Below, in pieces: positions 48,879 to 58,913 of a stretch of DNA of 64,000 bases. Both the position numbers and the translations under genes were made by a program. A model generated the notes under the pieces. The model ran no database searches. It saw only the letters and a program-made list of their open reading frames with translations, and was not told where the DNA came from. The DNA is taken from positions 37,386,001-37,450,000 of the forward strand of contig NC_135763.1 of assembly GCF_052425735.1 (NCBI RefSeq). The letters are read 5' to 3'. The DNA comes from Oculina patagonica (taxonomy: Eukaryota). The number at the start of each line of letters is the position of its first letter. Within the stretch, counting starts at the first letter, position 1.

Positions 48879-50926
48879 CTGGAAAATACAAAGAAAATAT
48901 GAATTGTATTTATTAATAAACAGCATAAATTAAACTGAATTTAAAATAAAATTTCTTAATTTTAGGATAAATTTAAATTGTGTACATTTCACATAGTATA
49001 TACCTGCCAACTCTCACGCCTTGGGCGTGAGTCTCATGCCTACGAGTTGAAAACTTCGATCTCACGCCAACTCACGCTCACGAACCAATTTCTCACGCCT
49101 AGTCAAAAATGGGAGTTATTACAACCAAAAACGACACATTTTCCAAAAAATGTACCGGTAATCTCCAACCAGTGTGAGAAAATAAAACACCATGTAAAAT
49201 GAGTAAATGGCGATACCTTCCCTGAAATGACAGAGTTTTGAGGAAAAAAGCATTGGGAACGAGGTCGTGTTTTAATAGCAAAACACGTCCACATACTGGC
49301 ATCGGGAGATGTTAGGAACGTCTTCGGAATACTTTGGACAACTTTCTTTTTTTCGTACAACTTTTGCGTTTAGTTTTTATACATTTTTTTCTTGCAAAAT
49401 AAACGTACTACTTGCTAAAGATGGTGAAAATTAAATAAGCGCCCAGCCTCGAATAAGCGCCCACCTCGAATAAGCGCCCACCCTCAGGGTCCAAAAATTT
49501 AATACGCGCCCAGGGCGCTTAATCGAATAAATACGGTAACCTCTTTTCTCGAACACTTTGCAAATGTGAGTTATAGACAGTGGTTGTAGACAGTTTCTGA
49601 ATTAATTATTCATTAATTATTCTATATTAATTATTCTAAATATATTACGAATTAATATTACGTACTGTTTCAGATTTGCACATTTTTGTGTCTAAATTTT
49701 TCCATAGAAAGTGTCCATCAGGGAAAATTAGGGTGGTGTATGTAGGGAATCACACTTTAAAAGCTGATTTCAAATCAAAAACCTCCAACAGCTTACAGAA
49801 TAATGAATTTTATGAGCAAAGGGGGTGGGTCATGTAATTTTCAACCCCGTATCAGGGGTGGGGCAGTCAGTTTTGAGCCAGAAGAAAGGGGTGGGTCACA
49901 AATTTTCAAGCCACCACTTTTCCAACATGTTCCCTCGTGTGTGCTGATAATTTTTGGCTCTTGCAACACGAGTTCTTGAAACATTTTGTCCCTGCGACAT
50001 GTTGCACGAAGTTCAACGAGTTGAACTGTGCAACATGTCGCAGGGACAAAACTGTTGCAAGAATGTTGCAAGAACTCCTGTTACAAGAGCCAAAAATTAT
50101 CAGCACACACGAGGGGTCATGTTGCTGCGACATGTCCCTCAGCCTGGCCACTTTTTTTCTTGTGCGTGTACACATTGTGATTCTGTCACTGCTACATGCC
50201 CCCGCTACACGTCCCTGCTACATGTTCCCTCAGTGTGAAAAACACACGATTTTGTCGCTGCTACAATAATGTCACTGCGATATGTCCCACTTGTGCAGGG
50301 ACCTTTACGTAGGAATTTTTCGCCCCCTTGCCAACCAACTTCAAAGTTAAGGTTTTAATTTTTACAGTAAAAAGATTGGTACATTACCTGTATCATGACA
50401 ATTTACTACTTTTTTGGAGCTTTACCAAAAAAGTTCTACGAGTTTGAAAATAGCGACATGTGGACTTGTCGGCGCCATTTCAGTGTCCGAGCACTTTTTG
50501 CATAGTTCGGATGCGAAACATTTAAAAAGTACAAACACACGTTCACCTGAGGAAATGGGAATATGTTTACACTCAGCAACTATTTTATCGATCCTTGCTC
50601 ATACACTTCGATATGAACAAAAAATATGAACGAAATTCACCGAACTGAAAGAAAAGCTGCCTAAGACGTTTGACCGTAGACTGTCCACAGCCCTCTATTT
50701 TTTCGTGTTTTTTCGATCGATGAGCGCGCGGTGAGAACGGCGAGAGAACTGGACGCCAGCGCAAAACGAAAGAAGCAAATAGTTTGACCGCGTAGAAACC
50801 CTTCGCACGCGTTGCGTACCCTTGTTTTGAATTCTTGGAGACTGGTGACGACACATTTGACGCAACGACTGATACACAGCAAATGCAGCAATTTCTTCTT
50901 TCACATGGCGTTAGCCTTTACTTCAC

Positions 50927-51997
50927 ATGTTTACAATAAGACGGAGACGCCGATTACTTCGGCTAGCACTATGCATTACAGTGATTGCACCTTTAATATA
51001 TTTCGTCAAGAATATCTTGGGCGATTTCACACCACAAAACATCCAGACGGATCTCAGAAAACCTCACAGCAATTACGAAATCATTTTGCCTATCACCGAA
51101 CCAAGCGGATACCTTGAGCAACCTTTATTTCTTTTTGTGATCATTTCATCCTCTCCAAACAAGCAAGAAAACGCGGAAAGGAGGGCCATGATACGTCAAA
51201 CTTGGGGAAATTTCAAAAGAACTCACATACGTGGCGATCAACCCTGGAAAATTGTGTTTATGATGGGAAGAGCGTCCAGCGCTGAAATGAATAAATCCAT
51301 CATGGCGGAACACGAGAAATATGGAGACTTGCTAATCGGTGATTACACTGACGGTTATCGAAATATTACCACGAAACTTCTAATGGCATTTCAGTGGGCA
51401 TCAAAAATTAGATGTAATTATATTCTGAAGACGGATGACGATGTTTATATTGATATACCCAAGTTGATAGAATGGTTGAACGTTAATGGTGACCCAAGTT
51501 CTTTTTACGGAGGAGTTCTATATAGTGGAATTGTAGTGAGAGATGAAACTCATCGTCATTTTGTTGCTGAGGACGAGCTACCTTTGGATAGATACCCCAT
51601 GTTTTGTACAGGGGCCATGTTTGTAGTTTCATGGAGTTTAGTTCCAAAAATGGTCGAGTTATCGAGAAAGGTGACAAGAATTCCCCCTGATGATGCTTAT
51701 GTCGGCATTTTAGCGAATCAGCTTGGGATTTATCCAGTGAGAATTGATGGATTTTTTCAAGCCGATTGGTTACAGTGGGTTTTCAATTTTGTCAGCATTT
51801 GTCAGTTGCGAGATGTTCTAGGAATTGGTGATTCTCTTACTCCAGATCAAGTGAAATATGTTCACCAACTTAAGACTTCTTTGTCAAACCGTGAAAGTTT
51901 TTACACAGTTTGTATATCGATTCATATGAAGTTTCTTCTTCTATTGTTATTCGTTTGTACTTGTTTGCTGGTCTGTTGCTACAGAATATGCTGTTGA
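50927..51997 (+). CDS. GT31 family beta-1,3-galactosyltransferase-like protein, copy B (356 aa)
   Basis: About 97% identical to copy A. A CGA>TGA change removes the final RRKHS. Confidence 0.9.
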   Translation: MFTIRRRRRLLRLALCITVIAPLIYFVKNILGDFTPQNIQTDLRKPHSNYEIILPITEPSGYLEQPLFLFVIISSSPNKQENAERRAMIRQTWGNFKRTHIRGDQPWKIVFMMGRASSAEMNKSIMAEHEKYGDLLIGDYTDGYRNITTKLLMAFQWASKIRCNYILKTDDDVYIDIPKLIEWLNVNGDPSSFYGGVLYSGIVVRDETHRHFVAEDELPLDRYPMFCTGAMFVVSWSLVPKMVELSRKVTRIPPDDAYVGILANQLGIYPVRIDGFFQADWLQWVFNFVSICQLRDVLGIGDSLTPDQVKYVHQLKTSLSNRESFYTVCISIHMKFLLLLLFVCTCLLVCCYRICC

Positions 51998-53300
51998 AGA
52001 AAACATTCCTAAATTAAATTGAATTAAATTTATTTATTATTTAAATAAAATGAGAAAATTTGAATGCAGTTGAAATGTTACAGCTTGTGTGACAGGGGAG
52101 AAAGTTGGGAAAAGGTGATGGGAATTAGGGGTGGTGAATGGTCCTTCAAGAAATGTGTGTCTCGCAAACTTTTAGCCAAATTTTAGGGGTCTCGTCATCT
52201 CGAATTTTTCTTTGATGCCTTCTCGGAGTCTCAATTTCTTTTGCAAGGCTAAAAAGGTCTTGGGCTTGCAGAAAAGATATCTATCTCAATGTCTCACAAA
52301 GTCCACATTTACCATTCGACACCCCTGGAACTGGAAGTCTAGAAGAGAGGATGAGGACAAGGGATTCCCAAGTTTTTGGAAATCCGAGAGAAATAAGGAA
52401 AAAATTATTATTTGTAATTTTTCACAATGTGAAGCTCCAGAAAATATCAATACCCACCCCATGGAAGGTCAATGGAAATTCTGAGGGGGTTGGTCTCAAA
52501 AGCCAAAATTTTAAAAGGTCTGTATGGGGCCTAACTGGAATTTCCAGAGGGATGGCAGGGATTCAAACCAAAAAACCTTCTGTGGGAGGGGTACGGATAT
52601 TTTCTGGAACAACACAATGTGCAATCTCAGGAAATATACCCACTGCAAAGGTAGTCTCCTTCAAACCTGTTATTTGGGTCATCATGCAACACTTTTCCCC
52701 ACAAACGTCTAATCTTGGCAATAGTAACAACAGAGCAGTTCTCACAATGTCTACAAGTAGGTCATGCTTGTACCGGCATGAGTTATTGTTCTTAAGTCAG
52801 TTAATTTTTGTGTCATGTTATGTTTGCGACACTTATTTTTTTTTTTGAAATTATCACAAAATTAATGAGTTGCGAAAATTTCATGTAATAAGGTACCTTA
52901 GATCTTGCTGAAGTATACATGTGAGAGTTGGTCAAAGTTACTTAATATCTGCATTGCTTTTTGCATAACAGCATCCAACTGTAACAACTTTAATTAAGTT
53001 GATCCTTTTCCGTAAAGATTCTGGGTTTTATTTTTAAAACTTCTTTTAAATACAATATTCAAACTTGAATATATAAAATAACATTAATAAAATAACTTGA
53101 CAACTCTGACCTTGCTTTTAAACTAATAAGTGGTAAACATGAAGATGCACTTAAGCAAAAGTTTATACTTCCAAAGTAATGCAATGGCATGGAAAGTAAA
53201 ATGTAGGAGCCTAGCCCCATTTATAGTAAACCTTCATGTATATTAAATGCTTGATAAAACTTATTTATCTTTTCTTTTGAATTATTCAAGACAAAAAATG

Positions 53301-56300
53301 CTAGATATCTAAATCATCATCAGGATCATCTTCATCAAAATCGTCTGCTTCATCAGGCTGGTAGAAGACTTTCCCCTCCCCGGTAGGGTTAACTGTGACC
53401 TCGCTGCTTTTCTTCTCTTCATGATACATGTAAGGTAGTTTGAGGTTGGAGCGAGCTTGGCGTTCATTGTCTGTCAGTTTGAGGTTGAATGTGAGGTTTT
53501 GGGTTGGATCAACCTGTGAGAGTATGAAGAAAAAAATTAAGTTAAAATCATATCCTTCTTTTTGGTTTTTTAGTGACTTGTGAGGCTTGTGGTGAACTCC
53601 AGTTTCTGTCACTAGAAACCATGAAGTGGCTAGGATTATTTTGGGATGGTAATCCTTCACAAGTTGTAACGCAGCCTCAACAATTTCGCCAGTCTTTCCA
53701 ACAGCATTATTTGTTTCAGCTTGGGATTTATCCAGTGAATATTGAGGTGAATACAGTAAAAACCCACGATTAAGAACCTATTGTTTTTCAGAATAGCCTC
53801 AACAGGTTCTTACATAAATGGTTATTAAACACAATATTAGGCTAATTAGGTTCTTAATAGGTTCCTAATTTCTGTGAAAAATAATTCAATGTTATTAAAT
53901 AGAGATTTTAGTGGTATTCGGCCTTTTTCTGGTATAAAATTTGCATTACATTGCATCTGGGGTAATAAGGCTTCTAGGTTATATATCTCCAAGGAGGATC
54001 CGGAATGTCGACTTATCATATTTTCCCAAGAGTAAACATAAATAATCAATTTTAGAAAATAAGAACCTGTTTTCAAATTTTAGGCTAAATAGGTTCTTAT
54101 AAAAATGGTATCTAATTTGCAAAATTTTAGCCTAACAGGTTCTTAAATGTTAGGTTCTTACTTGCGGGTTTTTACTGCATTATAAATTTCTAAGCACAGA
54201 GACGTACAGTGAGAGTAAAGTGTCTTTGTGTAAGAACACAACACAACCCTGGAGAGGGCTCAACCTACAACTCCTCTGTTGTGAGTCTGACACACTAACA
54301 ATGAAGACAATGCGCCTCCCATTATAACAAAAAAAAATATTTAATTATATTACTGTGGGTATTATTTTCTATTATTTGCTCACCTCTTTGACTGCCATAG
54401 GTTCGCTGTGAGCAGTATAAGAGGAAGCATTCCAATCTTTTTCTTCATTTTCTATCAGTTCATATTCATCACTGATGGTGAAGCTTTCAACCTTGAACAA
54501 GAAATGATTTTGTAATATGTCACTTTTAATTTGACTTGCCCTACTGGCTTGCAGAAACACAGAAAGACTCCTAAAATATACAGCAGTACTTAACACCCTA
54601 TAAAAATTCACATTTTTGAAGATATCATTAAATCTTTGTCAGTTTAGTTTTAACTTGCAAATATACCTTTCTGATCACTTTTCCAGTTTTTCTTTTGTGA
54701 AGAATTTTACACCAACTGACTGATTGATCTGAAAAAAGTATTTAATATGAAATTATAAACAAACTGTCAATTCATGCAATGTATCATACACTATATAATC
54801 ACATTTATTTCTTTTGCAGTGCCAATATTTTTTGTAAAAATATTATAATTATAAAGCAGAGATAAAATTCAACTAATGATATTTTACCAGCATCTTTTTG
54901 TTGATTGTTTTGTGTTATCCAAAGTAGAGTTGAAGCAAGGTAATTGACGACATTTAATGTCTGATCATCATGAAGATCTGCATGCACCAAACCAACAACC
55001 TGAACAACTTGATACCCTGGCAGGGAATAGAAATTAATCAATCTCACAAATTGACATCTGTCTCTTCTCGGCTGGGTAAGAATATTTTTGTCTGAAGGCC
55101 TAATAGAAATACCACATTCACTGTTTTCACTGTTCCCATAATACACCTTGTTAACCCCCCTCCCCCACCCCCAGCCCCCCCCAATTTTTTTTCATAAGCA
55201 ATGACAACGTACAATCGTTCCCAGAGAAATTGAAAACAATGCTTATGCAAAAATATTGGGGGGTAAACAAAGTATATATGGGATCGTGAAAAAAGCGAAA
55301 TATGGAACAAAATGAAATACACTCACAAGTGGGATTGCATGGATTTCCTGAATGCACTACTGCCAGCGGTGGATACAGAGGTGCTCAAAATAGGAGGGGG
55401 GGGGGGGTAGATTATAATTATTTCAAGTATAAGGGGAGCAAGGAGGTCCTGAGTGCATTGCAGTGTAGAAAGGCTGCCGAGAATTTAGCCAGCATGCAAT
55501 TTAGCCAACAACAGTGCATACCTGCCTGTGAGTCCAGAGGGTTGGAATACAGCTGATTTAGTAATGTACACACTGCTGTCGAGGATTTCCACAGCAACAG
55601 TCTGCTCAAAGAATTGATTACAACAGCTATTTTTACCACATTACCTGGAAAATACAAAGAAAGAATTGATTCTATGTATAAAACACAAACTGTAGGACTT
55701 AAAACAAACTCCTTTCCCCAAAACGCTACTAGGAGAGGTCTGCAATCTGTTAAATTTGACATTAGAGCACACATTTCTGCCCTCTGATGTCTAAAGAACA
55801 ACCCCAAAAGCATGGTAAAACAGGATTGTCTGAACTTCCAGGTAATGCATTGTCACAAATCGTCTACAAACACATGAGTAGGGGGATGTCAGGGCTGTAA
55901 CTGACAAGAGGCAAGACCAGGCACTTGCCTCACCTAGATTTGAACCAAAAATTAAAAAAAAAAAACGTTTAGTTGTATGGGAAGATAAGTCCCAGTTGAA
56001 CAAGATTGATTTTGTCTCAAGTAATAACCTATGAAAAATGTTAAAAAAACATGTTTCAATGCTTCTAGACTTCAAAGTTTTCTAGGGGTACACCCCAACC
56101 CCCCAAGCAAAATCTTGCCTCATCTATGCTTAAAGTCTGGCTATGGCCCTGGATGTGCCCCCCTGGGGGCAGGGGGTATATGCTCAGTTTGGAGTAGGAT
56201 GCCCCCTCCCTCACACATTTCAAAATGCTCTGCTGCCTCATAAACTTACATAAGACAACAAAAGTTGTACATTTTACACAATCAAGTGCACTGAGTGCCA

Positions 56301-58680
56301 CTCTCACCAGAATTGCTGTTTTGTGAGGAACTTGCCATGTTATTCTTCACTACTTGGGCTAAATTAGAGTTATGATGAATAACGGAAACACGACTGTTGT
56401 CACATTCATTTCTGTGGAAAAAGAAAACATCATTTAAATCTCTGTAGAGCAGAGCAAACAACTTCCTCACACCTATATTGGCAATTCAAAAAAAATAACA
56501 GAAACGTACTAAAAATATTGACTAGGAACTTTTATTATGGGATAATTTACTCGACAATGTAGAAAAGGATTAATAGTATTGATTTTTATTTACATTTGAA
56601 ATAACACTTTCTTTTTTTTCAGATAGTGAAGTAATTCACAAAGAAAAAAAAATTAAAAATTCTTAGTTACCTTGTAAGATCCCATCCAAGAGGATCAGTG
56701 AAACCATCATAGCAGAAAATTCTGTAAAGTATATGTAAGAGAATTGAAGTTATTGATAAGAATATCAATCTGGGCCGGTAAGTAACTGAGATAAATGAAA
56801 CAGAAATTCAGTGTAAACATAATGGAACATGGAATTGTATTGTATTATTTATGTCTGCAAACCTTTCTCTCAAATGCGGGTCAAATGCACCAATAAACTG
56901 ATCCGGTGACACATCCCAGAGTATGGCATGTACAAAGTCAACGCTGAAAAGTAAAAACAATAAAGATGGCAGAAATAAGTAAGAGAACTTTATACACTTT
57001 CTTACATTTAATTTTATATCCACCCTCCTTCCTCCCCCCTCCACCACAGATAAGATTTTCTGAATGGGCTTTGAAAGTGACTGTCATAATTTTCTGAGGG
57101 GGTAGCCCTGTTGGCATTCTTTTATCTCTCAAATATTTCTGAAGGGGTTATGTATCAGTCAATTCCAAGCGAGATCATCCCCCCAAGCATTTGACTGCTA
57201 CTGAGGGCCAGATAGTGGGGAATTTGATCGAACAAAAGCTCAGATGATCGGGCATTTGGTTACGTTAATGTTAAGTAGTTTCAAACTATCCTTTCCTATT
57301 AAAATTGGCTGATTACACTCCTTCTTATAAAAGCGTGAACACTAAAAAATATGTCTGGAATGTTTGTGTTTAGCCAATCACAAGCGAGAACTTCAGACCG
57401 CATAAACCACAAACAATAAATGGGTTTCCATCGGTCACGGAGCAACTTAAGTTCATATTTTGTTTCAGGATACACGCTCTGTCTTTTTCAGGAATTTAAA
57501 GAACTGCTATTCTTTCGTATCGAGGGCCACATCCAGAACATGGTTTCAGGGATTTTTGAAAGAAAGAAAAAAGGACAGTTTCTCTAGCGACGTTATATGA
57601 CATGGTTCAGCGCATGCAGTTTGTTGTAGACACGTCTAGACATAAGATGTAAACACGATATTAAAACCGAATATAAAATACAAAATTGTGGAGTTTTCGT
57701 TACTGATTGTAAATCTTTTCGGTAGAACAAGGGATTCAATTTATTTTGGCAAACGATTTCAACCCTTAAACAATCAGAGGTTCCGTGATCGTAAGACTGC
57801 AAACTGCAAAGGCTCCAGACGAAAATTATTCAAAATGTTGGCGTGATTGGTGCAAAGTAAACACCTCAATCGCTCAATCGTTTGATTTTCGCTTTTCCTT
57901 CCCGCTATCGTTTCGCTGTTATCGAAGAAACGAACCATCCTTCTATCAGTGTATCAAATACGAATTGCAGATACGAATTCGTTACAATTTTTGAAAATTG
58001 GCGGCAACTGGGGCAAATCGTAGCGTCGGGCGCATCGGTTTTTCATTTTTTTTATAAAAAAATCACTCAAACATATTCTTCAGTAGGGCAGTGAATGTTC
58101 TCAAAAAGGAAGGAATTACAGTTAGTGTTTACTTGTAAATTGGAGCGAAACGAGAACCGAATATCGTTCCGTGACCAATGACCCATTCGTTGTTTGTGGT
58201 TTCTGCGGTCTGAAGTTCTCGCATGTGATTGGTTAAAACACAAAGAACATTCCAGACATATTTTAAGTGTTCACGCTTTAATAAGAAGCGGTGTAATAGG
58301 GTATGAGTGTCCGTTTAAACCTAGTGTTAACGAGAAAACTCAACTCACAATAAAAATGGATAATAAAAATGGAATGGCCCTTAGAATTGTCTAAAAGTTA
58401 TAAAAACTAAATTAGTTTTCTGCATTTACCTTTCAAGCAGCGATTTGACGAAACAGCATAACAAAGGTTTACCATTTTCGTTTACATTGTCTGCAAAAAG
58501 ACGTATTTATATGCAAAACATATTTTTGCAAAATCTGGAGGGTTGGAAAGGTTCAGAGGAAAACTTTACCTTATTGAAACCAGACAGGATCTAATTCCCA
58601 GAAATGTGCCAAGAAAACTTACCATGGACGAGAATGAGATGAGAATTTTCTTTTCCATTGACAATATCTCCCAAAATCAT
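53301..58680 (-). CDS. ELP5: Elongator complex protein 5 (329 aa, 10 exons)
   Basis: Exons 58680-58623, 58490-58430, 56943-56863, 56721-56671, 56411-56308, 55644-55522, 55016-54888, 54728-54667, 54491-54384 and 53513-53301; 990 nt in frame. Motifs YDGFTDPLGW, INSLSRLLL, GLVHADLH and VDPTQNLTFNLKLT...FYQPDEADDFDEDDPDDDLDI*. Confidence 0.93.
53754..54177. mobile_element. Tc1/mariner-type MITE in ELP5 intron 9 (absent from the duplicate)
   Basis: TIR CAGTAAAAACCCACGATTAAGAACCT / AGGTTCTTACTTGCGGGTTTTTACTG with internal AGGTTCTTA repeats and TA on the left flank. Confidence 0.8.
57312..58296. mobile_element. ~1-kb element with ~130-bp terminal inverted repeats, nested in a GGGCCATTCC-family MITE in ELP5 intron 2
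   Basis: TTACACTCCTTCTTATAAAAGCGTGAACAC...GGTCACGGA is mirrored by TCCGTGACC...GTGTTCACGCTTTAATAAGAAGCGGTGTAA. Host element halves are at about 57005-57150 and 58320-58380. Confidence 0.75.
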
Positions 58681-58913
58681 TTTAGTTATCGTGTATTTAT
58701 GGAGGAAAGAGAAGATTCATCTTACATCCGCATGGACCGCCATATTGGCCGCGCAAAAATACCGAAACTGGGTCGAGCCAGTGAAAACGGACAAATTGGT
58801 CAGCGGAAGTGTTACCTAGCAACAACGCGTCCATGACAACAATTTTCATTGAAACGAAACAAATATTTCTCATTACAGTTCTAATTGCTTTTTCCATAAC
58901 TTCGAGAACAAGA
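58681..58913. promoter_or_regulatory. Bidirectional ELP5/CFAP107 promoter with an RFX X-box
   Basis: 233 bp between ATGs. X-box GTTACCTAGCAAC at 58811-58823, a second X-box-like GTCCATGACAAC at 58829-58840, ETS-type GCGGAAGT at 58803, and ATTGG boxes at 58744 and 58795. Confidence 0.8.

Noticed and set aside
49841-50269. Cys-rich ORFs on both strands
   Set aside because: Generated by a palindromic ACATGTCGCAGGGACA-type repeat element at the duplication junction.
51995-51997. TGA in GT31 copy B (and in the LINE and pseudo-exon) as selenocysteine
   Set aside because: In GT31 copy B and the pseudo-exon it aligns to an Arg CGA codon, and the LINE stop is probably the same; CpG deamination explains them and no SECIS was recognised.
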